From Eledone cirrhosa (taxonomy: Eukaryota), in contig OZ024740.1 in assembly GCA_964016885.1 (NCBI GenBank), positions 173,104,001 to 173,168,000 of the forward strand: a stretch of DNA of 64,000 nucleotides. Reading direction: 5' to 3'. This document shows positions 1 through 13,900 of the stretch, one piece after another. Each line of letters begins with the position of its first letter. Position 1 is the first letter of the stretch. Under the pieces are notes generated by a model. That model had not been told where the DNA came from and ran no database searches. It saw only the letters and a list, made by a program, of their open reading frames with translations. Made by a program: the position numbers and the translations under genes.

Positions 1-399
1 ATCTTTTTATAAAAAAGAGACTCATAACGAACTCAAGACGACACGATCATTATTTAAGTGAATTTATAATATAGAATCATATTGGGTATGAATCGAAGTT
101 GTAGCCGCTTTATATATGCATATATTTATATACAGAGAGAGAGAAAAATATATATAACCGACCACTAATATTAAGCAAAGCATATAACAAACATTTTGTA
201 TGTATGTGTGTGTGCCTCTGTGTTTGTGTGTGCCACACATTTGTAATACACATACTATAACTTCTACAATACACCTATATAGATATATCATATTTATGCT
301 GATATAATATTAATTGAATTAAGATCAAGATGAGCTCAAAATACAGAGTTGTTCAAAATACAATTCTTGTTCAACTGTATTTAGTACGGTGTTCATATT

Positions 400-972
400 T
401 AGTGTCTAACAAAGGGTAATGGACAACTTTCATTTGCGTGCTTCTTGGATCGATAAAACAGGACCAATCCATTGGTTTACGAAAAAGAATTGATCTTGTG
501 AATTGGATTGAGATCTGTATAACTGTAAGCTGTACAAAATATCGAATTTCCACTAGTGAATTCGAAGGGATTTTTTTGTTTATTTTGTTTTTTGTTTTTT
601 TGTTGAAGTACCAACAAACTTCGGCATTTGAAACGGCTTTGGACGAAAAAGAAAAACCCCATCTGTAGCATACAGCAAAGGGGACATTCTCTGTCTCGAA
701 AATGCCTGTTCCCAAACTGCAGGAGAAACCATGAAACTCATAAAGGAACTACACTGGGAAAAATTGCACCACCCACAATATTCTTCCAGCTATGCTCTTT
801 TTGATTACCATTTATTTTGATGGACTTCTACACCAAGAGAGGCGGTTGAAAATAAGTTTCTCTTGAATTTCACACCAAGTCCAGTACATTCTTTATACAC
901 GTGTCCTCGATAAAATTGTTGACAGATGGAATAAAGATATCAAAAGCAATGGAAAATATATTCATGATTAGA
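400..972 (+). pseudogene. Highly decayed mariner (DD34D-type) transposase, C-terminal part
   Basis: Broken frames give LENACSQTAGETMKLIKELHWEKLHHPQYSSSYALFDYHLF (cf. mariner HDNARPH...LGWEVLPHPPYSPDLAPSDYHLF) and KIVDRWNKDIKSNGKYIHD*; stops and frameshifts; TIRs not seen. Confidence 0.65.
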
Positions 973-1048
973 TATATTTATAGATACCACTATATAGATG
1001 TGCAAGATATATATTAAAAACCAAACTTTCGTTCCAGCCTGACGCACG

Positions 1049-1061
1049 ACACACACACGTG

Positions 1062-1154
<93 letters not shown>

Positions 1155-1191
1155 TCACACACACACACACGCGCGCATACACACACATACA

Positions 1192-1232
<41 letters not shown>
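1049..1232. repeat. Compound (CA)n/(TA)n microsatellite
   Basis: Directly visible dinucleotide runs. Confidence 0.95.
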
Positions 1233-1235
<3 letters not shown>

Positions 1236-1464
1236 GGATCCTCCGTGATTTTTTTTTACGGTAAGCCATCTCAAAGGTAGAAAGACACCCATACATACAC
1301 ACACATACACAATGTATAACATTTTCCTGTAACTATATGTATGGACGTTCGGAATATTTTCATAATTTCATTACTGTAACGACGAATTTTCTACTTAATT
1401 ACATCACAAATATTTATGACTAAATTTCTTTTTGTAGTGTTGAATGTTGGGTGTGGTGTGTTCG

Positions 1465-1638
<174 letters not shown>

Positions 1639-1866
1639 CAATAGAAAGATGGAAGGATATTCTACTAACTACAGCTATCCCTCACAATCGTGTATAACTT
1701 TGTAGTATATCCCATGGTTTTGCTAAGGTATTTTGTGCCCATGACGTTGCGAGCAGACACAGACACCGTCTCGGCCCTTCCACCTTTGATGACAGTAGGA
1801 ATGAAAGAAGGTTGCATAAACAATACATATGATGTATATAAATACAAGTGGGTATATATGTATTTA

Positions 1867-3108
1867 TATATCATGAACTCCATCTTCCAGCAGAAGGACA
1901 GTTTGAAAATAACCTGGATGCATCCTCGTTCCAAACATTGGCACCTCATTGATTATATACTAGTGCGCCGGTGTGACCTGAAAGATGTCTTGCATACCAG
2001 AGTGATGCCTAGTGCGGAATGTCACACCAACCATTGTCTCAAAGGCTGCAAACTCTAGCTCCACATTTAAACCCAGGAAAAAGTTCAAGGTTGGCAGTCT
2101 CCAGTCAGGTGAGGGGAAATCTGACTTCCAGGCAGCCCTTCAGTTGCGGTTTGAAGATGAAAGCACTACAGATCCATCTCCATAAACACTTTGGGAACAT
2201 CTGAAAACCGCCATCCTGCAGATATCTGGGAAAGTCTTTGGGTTCACCTCACTTTCCAGAACTCAGCAATTCTCTGCAACAGCCAGTAAAAGCGAAACTG
2301 GATGAGTTGTCCGCTATTGAAGAAACCACCTAGTCATAGAGCAGCTAAGGTGGCAAAGCAGCAGAAGTCGATGGAATTCCACTTCAAATTTGGAAGCATG
2401 GAAGCCCAGTACTACACGCGAAACTCCACGAGCTCTTCGTATGTTGCTGGGAGCAGGGCAATCTGCCACAAGATGTCTGCGATGCAGTCATCATTACCCT
2501 GTACAAGAACAAAGGGGAAAAGTCATACTACTCGAATTAAATGAAGATTACTTTGCTCTCTGGAAAAATCCTCGCAAGGATGCTGCTAAACAGGCTGGTA
2601 TCTACCATCGCAAAATAACACCTCCCAGAGAGCTACTGTGGCTTCAGAGTCAAGAGAAGTGCCGAAGCAAGATAAAGGGAAGTGTGTGGCGTTCGTTGAC
2701 TTGACTAAAGCATTTGATACAGTGAGCAGAAAAGGAATTTAGCAAATCATAGAACGACTTGGTTGTCCCCTAAATTTCCCGGACATGGTCATCCACCTAA
2801 CCGAAGACTAGCGTGGCCAAGTGACGTCTTGGCACCGACTCTCTTCTCCATCTTCTTCAGAAAGATACTCAAGCTTAATGATGATGACGGAGTGTACATC
2901 AGATACCATCAACCATTTTATCTCCTCCTTCGAAAACACCTGCAGGCTACCCTCGAGGACAAAAGGTACAGAAGGAAGAACCACAACTCCAAGTCATCAA
3001 ACCCTGACTGTGCCGGCCTGTCCCACATTAGCCTGAACAGTCATGAGCGTGCCTGCAGTCAATGTGGATCACCCCTTTTATAATCTTCCTTCGGAAAGCC
3101 AAGTCATG
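1867..3108 (+). mobile_element. Internally deleted RTE-clade (BovB-like) LINE remnant
   Basis: APE C-terminal motif TWMHPRSKHWHLIDYILVR...SAECHTNH; RT pieces PESYCGFR, FVDLTKAFDTVSRKG and LAPTLFSIFF; RTE-like end HISLNSHERAC. Confidence 0.8.
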
Positions 3109-3435
3109 ATGATATATATTTATGTGTGTTCCTGTGAATGTGATTTCGTGTGGATGAGAATGTTAATTGTTTTACAGCGTTATTCATTTTTGTTTTGTTT
3201 GAATTTTAAAAAAATATTTCTTATCTCGTATGTTCTAAACCACACTATTTAAAACAACATAATATACGGCTCAACTGTGTGAGTGTGGTGAGTGGTGGAG
3301 GGGGTGGGGGGAGTATGATAGAAAAAACATCAAAACACGGATGATATTTACATACATAGTCTTTTACTTATTTCTATTTACACACACACACACATACATG
3401 TGTATGTTTGTATGATTGCATATATATATATATGT

Positions 3436-4039
3436 CAGGTCACCAGTTGGTGCTACTGGTAATATGTATCCCAGTACAACCTGTCTCATGGTCGGGTCGT
3501 TGGCGACTAAACTGGCAACCCCACCAAGTTTTCTTGGTGAGGAGGGTGACTTTGGACATCCTGCAGGACTAAAAACAAAACCTGTCAAAGGGCAAAGGAG
3601 CTCTTAAGAGTCAATAGCCATCCAAAATCACCGGGAGTGATGACCCCTTAGCCTTTGTCAAGGCAGAATTCTAGGAGAAGGAAAACTCTGATATAACACC
3701 TGCAACCCTGATGGTATCCAATGATGTTGACTTGTTCTTCTTTTTGGTAAATATCATCTTGGTTAAGAGAGTGGGACTGGCTTTGTGCAGTGCCTTTGCT
3801 CACTATAAAAGCTTCACGGCACAGGCATTGCTTTATATCTGGAAATCTCTCTGCACTTGTCGTCACACGGTACCATGGGCCCAGCACTATGTGTCAATAA
3901 TTGTCACAAGTCTAGTGTTTGTACCAGAGTTTTCAAGTCGCTGGCTGGACTAAAATGTCACACTCGTTCAGCGCATCGGTAAGGGTTCTCCTACATGGAT
4001 ATAAAGTAGTGGCCGTACTCGAAAACGAGTTGGCAGCCA

Positions 4040-4041
<2 letters not shown>
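3436..4041 (+). mobile_element. Non-coding ~600-bp interspersed repeat, probably a non-autonomous RTE derivative
   Basis: Colinear diverged reverse-strand copy at 48566-49090; the RTE assignment is inference from end motifs. Confidence 0.55.
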
Positions 4042-4072
<31 letters not shown>

Positions 4073-4075
<3 letters not shown>

Positions 4076-5373
4076 GATGGGGCATAAAAACTGTTACAAA
4101 ATAAAATGCAAATAGTTCTCGAAAAAAACATTTATTTCAAGATCTGACTTCAACAAATAGTAAGTAATATACTATTAAACAACTGCACAAAAATGTATTC
4201 GAAATGCTTTCCTCTAGCTCTCACTACTACTCGAAGACTTCTAGGAAAGTCTTCGATGGCTGCACAAACAGTTTCCATGGGTATTTTCTCCCATACTTTA
4301 TTCAGTTTTGATTTTAGAGTTTCAATATTTTGGCTAGGAGTAGAGCAGGCTTCACTCTCAAGAATTGACCATAAAGAAAAATCGAGAGGGTTGAGATCTG
4401 GTGATGTGGGAGGCCACTCTTCCTTACTGATCCATGCAGGACAATGGTCTCTACACCACTGTTGTGTTACGCAAGCAGTGTGGCTCGTCGCTCCATCTTG
4501 TTGGAGAGTCCAAATGTCATTGCCATAAACAAATATGCACCATGGCATCAGTGCTCCTTCCAAAATATCCTTTATGCAAAGTTCTTTGTTAATGTTAACT
4601 CCTTGAGGCACAAAAATCAGAGGAGACTTCTCTCTTTCAGAAATGGCTGCCCAAGCCATCACTGATGCTAATTTCTGTGTTCTGAACACTTTTCCTACAC
4701 TTGAAGGAATTGATTTGAGACTGTTTGCAAGTACTCGATCATTTTGATGATTGTGAGACTGCTGCACAGTGAATAACTTCTCATTTGTAAAGATGATGTT
4801 TTGCAGCGTGCCAGCTTTGATACGGTTCAATAACAGTTTACTTCTGGAGAGCCTCTTTTCAATTGTGGCTGCAGAAAGAAGCTGCCTCTTTTGGAACTTA
4901 TAGGGTGACATCCCCAGATCATCTCGACATATCCTCCGCATAGTTCTCGGCGATGTTTCTGCTTCTTCTGCCATTTTTCTCATGGACCTTCTTGGATTAC
5001 GCCTTATTTTTTCCATCACACTTTTAATGAGTTTTGGTGTTCTTGAGGTGCGAGGGCGTCCGGATTGAGGTCTGTCTTTGGTCGAGGAAGTTTCCTTAAA
5101 TCGATCGATTGTTCTTTTGATCAACATTCTATTGATCTTAAGAGCTTTCCCCAGTTTAAATATCTCAGGTGGAGTCAGGCCTGTTTCATGCTTCTCTATA
5201 ATGAACTTTCTTTTCAATTCTATGGACATTGCAAATTGTTAATGGAGTAATGTTCTGAAAAATAGTTAATATGGTTATAGTGCATGGATTTGATACAAAT
5301 ATATTAGTTATATTAGCAACATAATGTATTTTTAAATTGATTTAGAACTTTGTAACAGGAATTATGCCCCACC

Positions 5374-5376
<3 letters not shown>
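4073..5376 (-). mobile_element. Full-length Tc1/mariner DD37D (maT-family) DNA transposon inserted in (TA)n
   Basis: 28-bp imperfect TIRs CAGGATGGGGCATAAAAACTGTTACAAA and TTTGTAACAGGAATTATGCCCCACCCTG; TA flanks; single transposase ORF. Confidence 0.93.
4150..5229 (-). CDS. DD37D transposase (first catalytic D appears mutated to N)
   Basis: HTH region, GRPR, IFTNEKLF, QQDGA...WPPTSPDLNPLD with 37 residues between the second and third D. Confidence 0.88.
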   Translation of the reverse strand: MSIELKRKFIIEKHETGLTPPEIFKLGKALKINRMLIKRTIDRFKETSSTKDRPQSGRPRTSRTPKLIKSVMEKIRRNPRRSMRKMAEEAETSPRTMRRICRDDLGMSPYKFQKRQLLSAATIEKRLSRSKLLLNRIKAGTLQNIIFTNEKLFTVQQSHNHQNDRVLANSLKSIPSSVGKVFRTQKLASVMAWAAISEREKSPLIFVPQGVNINKELCIKDILEGALMPWCIFVYGNDIWTLQQDGATSHTACVTQQWCRDHCPAWISKEEWPPTSPDLNPLDFSLWSILESEACSTPSQNIETLKSKLNKVWEKIPMETVCAAIEDFPRSLRVVVRARGKHFEYIFVQLFNSILLTIC

Positions 5377-5427
<51 letters not shown>

Positions 5428-5456
5428 TCAATCATTCACTCTCACACAATCACACG

Positions 5457-5489
<33 letters not shown>

Positions 5490-6007
5490 ATGTGTGTATG
5501 TATGTATATAATTTAGTTTGTTATGTTGCTTTTTTACTTTAGTTGTTACTGTTGTTATTAATGTTTTCTCTGAAACCATCTGTGTCCCGTAAACAGTAAA
5601 TTACATTACAAGATGCGCTAGACATATTTTAAGACAGAATCTTCGCTCATTTGAAGTTAGCACACTCTATTGAAAATATGTTTAGAATAAGATGATAAAA
5701 ACTGTTATAGAATTCCCCAGTCGTCATGCTCAGGTGCTTACTAACCAACTCAAGTCCGCTGGCTAAAATTTCGGTGTAAGAAAACTTTCGTTATTATTGA
5801 AACCACCTATCACGTTAATTTTTTTCACGTTATTTTTGCTTTTGTTTTCATCTAAACAATATCAATGATGTAATTGCGTGTATCTGACACACGCACTCAC
5901 ACACACATACACACACACACACTCACACACACTACTCATACATACATATATGTATATTTGTGTATGTGTGTGTGTGTGTATATATATAGAGATAGATAGA
6001 TATAGAT

Positions 6008-6135
6008 ACGTTTATCCCGGGTTCAATCCGGGGTAACCACAGTAAGTAAAATACTCAATACATAGCAGAGTATAAATATTTAATATAGAAATGGCTTCTG
6101 GAGGACTAGAACTGTTTCATTCGGGAGAAATCAAT
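6008..6135 (-). mobile_element. Solo PLE pseudo-LTR fragment with the 3' half of a hammerhead
   Basis: Reverse complement reads GAATGAAACAGTTCTAGTC...ATACTCTGCTATGTATTGAGTAT; homologous to 56829-56960 and related to 49385-49530. Confidence 0.6.
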
Positions 6136-6855
6136 ATATATATATACATATATACACAGAGACAGACATACAGGCAGTCAGCCAGATAACTATAGATATG
6201 CTGATATGGATATCGAGATATAAAGATACGTAGATGTGTGTATATGAAGATATATAACATTGTTCTAGATCGAACCAAACCAAAAGCTGTTTTTAACTTG
6301 TAGTTAAAACTTTTGTAGTTGGCACTTTTGAAATCAATAAATGTGATCACCTATTTTGAAAAGGGTTTTTGTACTTACGGAATGTAATGTTGGAAATCAT
6401 ATCTAAAAGATCAGTTTCGAAAAGTATTGTCTTTAATCAGAGAAGGAGGAGCGGGTACTTGCATGGCTTAATGTTAAGATGTTCAGGAGGACTAGGGACA
6501 ATTTTTCCGTCGAAGAGTAGGACTTTTCATCTCAGTCTTCGTACAATACAGGGGGGGGGGACTAGGGGCGTGTCTCCCCCTCCCTAATAGTTATATTTTT
6601 CTCCCTAAACTACCAAAACACACATCTATTTGTATATACGTTACAATTTATGTACATGTTATGTTTATCGCATATATAAGTTTTTTTTTATATCTTGGTT
6701 AATATTTGAAGGTTAACATTATGTTAACCTTCATAGTAATTTTTTTTTTTGTTATGTCATAACTTTTCCTCCACATATCACTAGTATATGTATCCAGAGA
6801 CAGATTTCATAGATCATTTTTCTATAACTTTATAGTTATTGAAACTGTGTAGTAT

Positions 6856-7310
6856 GATTTCTTTATTAGCCACACAGGACTCAAATTCAGGAGACATTAA
6901 AGACAGTACAGGACGATACAGTGTGTGGGGGGAGGGGGTGTAAATAGAATTTATAACAGCGATTAAGAAAATAAACATTTAAAAAAAGAACATAACAAGT
7001 TCCCCAAAGATAAGGAGATTCAAAATGTTACCTGTGGAGAAAGCCCACAAAAGCCACGGTCACCCTGACCACTAGGACAAGCGCCGTCTCCCAGTTGTCC
7101 TCCTTCAATACTATAGGTACACGCCCAGGGTAGGCCTATTCACACGGATCATTCTTGCCTCTCCACCCACCTTTCAACAAACTGGCTGGAAATCAGCACT
7201 CTCCTTTCCACCCTGATTTTTCTTTTCAGGTGAAACCTGAAAAAGTTAATGAGAGCGTCGCCGAAAAGGAAAGTGCCCGTTTTCAACCAATGTAATATGA
7301 CCTGCTTGGA
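6856..7310 (-). mobile_element. 3' fragment of a Tx1/L1-clade LINE
   Basis: Minus strand encodes FFRFHLKRKIRVERRVL...FVERWV and ends GGCTAATAAAGAAATC, like the 3' end of the copy at 44211-44240. Confidence 0.65.
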
Positions 7311-7502
7311 CTCAAATTGCATTTATGACTATTTTGGAGTGCAAAGAGGTAAACTTATCACTACAACTAAATTGACCAAATTTGCCCCCTCTCCAATTCA
7401 GAAATGCTTCTACCGCTCCTCTCTCTATATATATATTATCTAAAGACATATTTTCCAATTCCAGCCCGCCCGTCCCCTCAATCTATCTTATTTCTCATTC
7501 TT

Positions 7503-7538
7503 TCTTCTGATGAAGGACTAGCGTCCGAAACGTTAAGA
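7503..7538 (+). ncRNA. Minimal type I hammerhead ribozyme
   Basis: TCTT-CTGATGA-A-GGAC TAGC GTCC-GAAA-CG-TT-AAGA: stem I TCTT/AAGA, stem II GGAC/GTCC, palindromic AACGTT stem III. Confidence 0.8.
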
Positions 7539-7629
7539 CCCTCTTTCTGCTATAGCAAGCGTTAACCTAATATATCCCTTCCATATACTGTACCGATTGT
7601 GTTGTTATTTCTGTTTACCTTTTACTGAC

Positions 7630-9560
7630 TGACACCAACTTAGCCGGAAAAAACATCGCCATTTCCCTTAAACTGGAAGATAGGACTGAACCTCTGAGGG
7701 TAAAAGCCCCGCATTATACCTTTAAGGACCACAAGGGAAACTTCACCAATAAACCGGTCCGGCTAATAAACCCCACAAAATTCGACATAGGATCTGTCAG
7801 CAAGAAGATATTGGACAGAATACTACTGACAATGCGTGCAGCCTCACCTCTCCCACTCTGGAATAGAACATCCGAAGCAATCTCATGGTTCCCAGAACTG
7901 CCTGACAAACACAACACCCGTTTCCTGCAACTTGACATTGAGGATTACTACGCCTCCATTTCTGAGTCCCTGCTGAAGGATGCAATTGCTTTCGCAAGAA
8001 ACCTAACCACCATAACCGACGCCGAGCAGGATGTGAACCTCCATGCACGTAAGACCTTTTTGTACCATAACGGGTCCCACTGGGACCCGTTATGGTACAA
8101 AATCGGAGACTCTCTTCGATGTCAGCATGGGTGCTAGTGACTCGGCTGAGATTAGTGATCTGGTGGGCCTGTTTATCCTTAACCGGATGAAAACCCTCTT
8201 CACAGGCCTTACAGGCGGATTATACCGAGATGACGGCCTCTTTGCCCTGCATAAAATTAACCCCAGGACTGCCGATGGGTTTCGGAAAAACCTTAACGCT
8301 TTCTTCAATAACCTAGGCCTCAGAATAACTATAAATTCGAGTTTAACTAAAGCCAACTTCTTAGATGTAACTCTCGATTTAGAAACCTCCCTTTATTATC
8401 CGTACCACAAACCTAACGAATCCCTTAGATATATAGACGTTAACTCGAATCAGCCCAAGAACATCACAGATAATTTAGTTAGGATAATCCCTTAGGATTT
8501 CTGGCTTCTCCGCCAATGAAGATATCTTTAGGGACGCGGCCCCCTATTACAACGAAGCACTAGCCCGTAGCGGTTTTAAAGGTAAGATCTCTTATCTCAG
8601 AATAGCCCCCACGCCTACCCAGGAGGAATAGGAAGAGGCAAATTAGCTGGTACAACCCCCCCCCCCCTCAACCGCGAGGTATCTACACCTATAGCAAAAA
8701 ATTTCTTTACTCTATTGCATAAACACTTCCCCACCCAACATAGGTACTACACCATCTTTAATAAGAATACAATCAGACTCTCTTACTCCACTACACCAAA
8801 TCTAGCTAGGAACTTAGCCAATATTAATATTACTAAGTTAAATAAGTCTACTACCTCCGAAACCCGGTACTGAGGTCCTGTGCAACTGCCACGATAAGGC
8901 TGCATGCCCCTTCAGCAATAAATGCCTTACAAAGGATATTGTATACAAATTTGATGTCATCTCAGGCCCTGATGAAGAGAGAAAGACGTATATCGGGATG
9001 ACCTCCAACAACTTTAAGACCCGTTGGTACGCACACACCCATTCTTTTCGACGCCCGGACAAGTCCAACCAAGCTACACTCGCCGCCTATGTCTGGGACC
9101 TAAAAAGGAACTCCATCCCTTTACGCTCAAATGGAAACTACTCCAGAGAGCGCGGTCTTACACAGGAGGCCATAATTGTTGTGACCTTTGTATTTCCGAG
9201 AGTTACGAAATACTATTCGCCAAAGGACCCTTACTCAATAGACTCTCAGAACACTGCCCGAATTGCATGCACAAAAACTATGCAACTTACAAGTCATATA
9301 GACCAGTTCTTCCCCCTGAATGATGATCCCATATGACAACGGATTCGACATTAAACATTAAACACACTCCCCCGCGCCCCCTCCCATCCTCCCAACCCTA
9401 CCTTCGTTTTGTTACCTTTCAAACTTATAACTTATACTTTACTTTTCTCTACTTGTATTTTATGTTACTTAATTTTAATTTATGTTATTTGATGGTTTTT
9501 CATATCTTGATTGTTTCCTTAAATTTTCCCCTTTGTGTATTTTTATATTTTTATATGTGT
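7630..9560 (+). mobile_element. 5'-truncated, frameshifted PLE (RT + C-terminal GIY-YIG; YRDDG type, Hydra-like clade by recall)
   Basis: KDHK, QLDIEDYY, FDVSMGASDSAEISDLVG, LYRDDG, NFLDVTLDL, CNC-x5-CP-x4-C, IVYKF...YIG, CDLCISE. Confidence 0.88.
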
Positions 9561-9561
9561 T

Positions 9562-9660
<99 letters not shown>

Positions 9661-9735
9661 GTATATATGTGTGTATGTGTGTGTATGTATGTATGTATGT
9701 ATGTATGTATGTATGTATGTATGTGTGTATGCGTG

Positions 9736-9786
<51 letters not shown>

Positions 9787-10082
9787 ATGTGTGTGTGTGT
9801 ATATGTATATGTATGTGTATGCGTATGTATATGTACGTATATATGTATATATGTGTGTGTGTATGTATGTATATATATGTGCGTGTATATATATATATGT
9901 ATGTGTGTGTGTGTGTGTATGTGTGTGTGTGTGTGTGTGTATGTATATATGTATGTATATATATATGCGTGTGTATATGTGTGTGTATGTGTATATAGAT
10001 GTATATATATATATATATATATGTATATATGTGTGTGTGTGTATGTATGTATATGTATATATATATATATATGTGTGTGTGA

Positions 10083-10117
<35 letters not shown>
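9560..10117. repeat. Long compound TA/TG/TATG microsatellite
   Basis: Directly visible. Confidence 0.95.
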
Positions 10118-10118
<1 letters not shown>

Positions 10119-10166
10119 TAAAAGGATAACAAGGACGATTGGTTACTCCTTCATTACATTTATTGG

Positions 10167-10255
10167 TAGGTGACGCGCGTTTCGCCACTGATCAGCTCAA
10201 GGTTCGATCTGTATCGATCTTACCCGACTCAATAATCGGCAGCTCGACGGACCCT
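10167..10255 (-). ncRNA. Hammerhead-like motif with atypical core (CCGUCGA) and long stem II
   Basis: Minus strand: GGGT-CCGTCGA-GCTGCCGAT...ATCAGTGGC-GAAAC-GCGC-GTC-ACCT. Confidence 0.5.
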
Positions 10256-10954
10256 TTAAAATGGTATAAGAAAATGAATACATGCTATGTGATAAAGTCA
10301 GAAGTTCATAAGTTGTACAATATGAGTTGTTTTGATTGGTGGAAAAGATCATATGGATGTATTGGCCTGTAGTGTATGTGGGGTGGATGTGATGATAAGA
10401 TGTTGGTGACGGTCGCTGGTTACGATGGGCTGTGGTGTGGGGGTGGCGAATTGACTTTCGTCTGTAGTGTATGTGGGGGTGGATGTGATGATAAGATGGT
10501 GGTGACGGTCGCTGACTGGGATGGGCTGTGGTGTGGGGTTAGTGGATTGTCGGTAGACAGGTTGGCGTATGTTTGTGGCTGGTTATTGTGTGGGGTGTGG
10601 TTGTGGTGTTGTTGTTTATGGTAGTGGCGTTTGTGGTGGTGTGGTGGATGTGTTGGTGGTGTCAAGTCCATGGGGAGATACATACCTAGACACTCTTAGT
10701 CTCACAAATACGTTGTGTATATATATACATGCGCACATGTACTGACATATATACATACACACTTATATACACACACATACACGCGCCCACATAGATCCAC
10801 CCGTGCATATATCTATATGCATATATATACACACATATATATGCGCATGCTCGCGTGTGGATATATATAGATAGAAGGGCGAGTATCGGTGGAGGTGGCG
10901 TAGTACAAAGATAGAAGGAGGGTGAGAGCCATGGAGATGGTGTTGTACATAAAC

Positions 10955-13900
10955 ATCGAGTGCTCACCCGGGTGAACCTGCAATAACTCCAAGTTACACT
11001 CCCTAGATATTTAGCTCCTTTCTTTGTCGAGCGCTTACCTGGAACACCATGGAATTGTTCTACAACACTTCCTCCCTAAAGGACATACCTATACCTTCGG
11101 ATGATGTGTACATGAACCTATTACTAAAGCAGACAAATAATTTCATCAGGAGGATCCGCTGGAGGGCCTACCACTACAACAACAGGAGGGCCCCCGGATC
11201 AAGTGACAATTCCACCAACCACATAAAGAAACTCTTTAAATCGACGAAAAACCCACCACACAACCCACTCCTAGAGGAGTTTGAGGACAGGATCATTACC
11301 ATGGTCCGGACCATTAGATTCAGTAAACCACCGCGAAACACTGACAGAAGTGCATTCCTGTCTGGGCTCGCATCTACTGTAAAAAAAGATCCGGAATAGC
11401 CCTGGCATCATCGTACCAACCGATAAAACAGGAAACTTATACAATTTGGAGTACAAAACTTACAACAAATGCATTACAAATGAAATCGCTAAAATATACA
11501 AAACATCAACACGGGAAAACCTAGCACACATAAACAAACAGGCGAAAACAATAATGACGGAACTGAGCATTGACGCCAGGACTCATCCCTACAACCCTAG
11601 GACACCGAGACTATCTATTAAAGACCATAAACCGGACTTCCAGTCAAAACTACCGGTCAGGCTCATAGCCCCCTCTAAATCGGACCTATGTAGACTTAGC
11701 AAATCAATCATTGACCGGATTATACCTGAACTTAGAAATAGAACTAAACTCAGCCTATGATCTTGTACAAAGGAAGTAATCGACTGGTTTTGTGGCATTG
11801 AAACTAAGTCGAATGTTCGATTAGTCCAATTGGACATTACGAACTACTACACATCTATATCCCCAATCATCCTTAACAAGGCACTGATCTCAGCCATGAA
11901 CAGATCAAGCCTCACTAGAAAGAAAGTGGACATCATACTAGCAGCTAGGAAAACTTTACTAGAATTTGACGGTAGATTGTAGGAGCGACAGAATAGACCA
12001 GACAGCTTCGATATTACCATGGGATCGACTGACTCCGCACAGGTTACAGATATAGTAGGCATATACCTCCTAAATATATTAACAGACCAGATCCCCTCCT
12101 TGGGCAGTGGCTTATAACGTGACGATGCCCTACTAATGACCCGTGGACTCAATAATAGCCAATTAGATTGACTAAACAAACGACTTAGGTACATCTTTAA
12201 GACCCAAGGATTAGCGGTAGAAATTGAACCAAACAGTAGGACAGTAAACTTTTTAGATGTCACCCTAGAATTAGACTCAGGTCTCTACCGTCCATACCAC
12301 AAACCTAATGAAAATCTTAAATACGTCAACAGACACTCCAACCAACCTAGGAGCATAATTAACTCAATAGTTAAAAGCATCTCCAATAGAGTGTCCATCC
12401 TGTCGGCTAATAGACATATCTTCAGCCAGCACGCGGAATACTACAACTCCGCACTTGTAAACGCTGGTTACATTGAGAAGATTTCTTACATCGACCCAAA
12501 TAGAACCGTAACGCCGCCAAACATAACCGGACCCTTAGAAACGAACATAGAAGAGGTCACCACACCTAGGACAAATAATAACCTAAGACCCTCTGTAGCC
12601 GGCAGGGCAGGCAGCGTTACACACAACTGCCAAAGAGATAAAGCCATACTCTCCAACCCCAATAAGGACTCCGACTATCGCACACGTTTACGTAGTAATA
12701 GAGACAACAGACATAACGCCAACAGATTACTAGGAACCCCTATGACACATACGCCTGACCAAAAAGCACTCAAACTACCACCTAACCACAAAAACCTCAC
12801 TAAACACCGCAGAGCCCGAAGTAGACCCGTCACGTGGTACAAAGCCCCGTATTCTATACACGTTGCCACCAATATACCGGGAACCTTCTTTAGGGCTCTT
12901 GAAAAATCTTTTCCACACACACATAAATACCACAAGCTCTTCAATAGACACACTGTAAAATTCTCTTTCTCCACAGCACCAAATCTAGGCCACAAAATAG
13001 CACACACCAATAGGACAAAAATACAAAAACACATGGTTTCCCCACAACAAACCACTACCACAACCCAGAACGAAACCACATACACAACACAACACAACAA
13101 CCCACATGCCAGCTCTACACAGCACGCCACCAACCGGCAACGTGCTACCACACCGGTAACACCCAACTGCAACTGCAAAAAACGGACTGAATGCCCACTA
13201 AACGGGGAGTGCCTCGTTAAAAACATTGTTTACCGGTGTGATGTCACAGCCAGCAATAAAGAGTACTCATATATAGGTGCGACCTCCACTACATTTAAGG
13301 AGCGCTGGTATAACCATAGAGGCTCATTTAAACATAGGCTGAAACGATCCCAAATCAGACTGGCCGACTTGATCTGGGACCTCAAGGACAAGAACATCGA
13401 ATCCCAGGTCACATGGTCAGTCAAAAGACGCGTGGCGCAACTCCCCAGTGACAGAAACCACTGCAGGTTATGCCTGGCCGAGGCGGCAGAAATAATTAAA
13501 TTAAAATCTGCCATAAACTATAGGTCGGACATAATTGTCAATTGCACACACACCAGGATGAACACATTTTCTGCACAAACATTCGGCGGAGGGCCGCACA
13601 CTAACCATGACCCAACATAATAATAACCACCTCTGCCTCGTCTCACCATCCCTCATCTCAGTAAATTTATTTTATTGTATTGCATGTAACCATTTGTAAG
13701 CCCGTATTTTGTATATCATGCCGCATACATCACCCCACCAAAAATCACATCGCCATAGACCCCTCATCTTTGCAACATGGTGTTCTATCTGTCCTCTCTG
13801 TCAGGTTTTACCTTGCAAACCATAGTAACATCTGATCCTGTAAATATAATGTCGATCATATCACCCATCGCCACCACCACCACCACCACCGCACACATCG

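Noticed and set aside
9333-10188. Long ORFs rich in YI, CV or HT
   Set aside because: They are translations of dinucleotide microsatellites
11399-12172. In-frame TGA/TAG codons in a PLE ORF as possible selenocysteine recoding
   Set aside because: The stops fall at expected Trp or Arg positions (LSL*S, GRL*E, QLD*L) and include TAG; this is ordinary mutational decay
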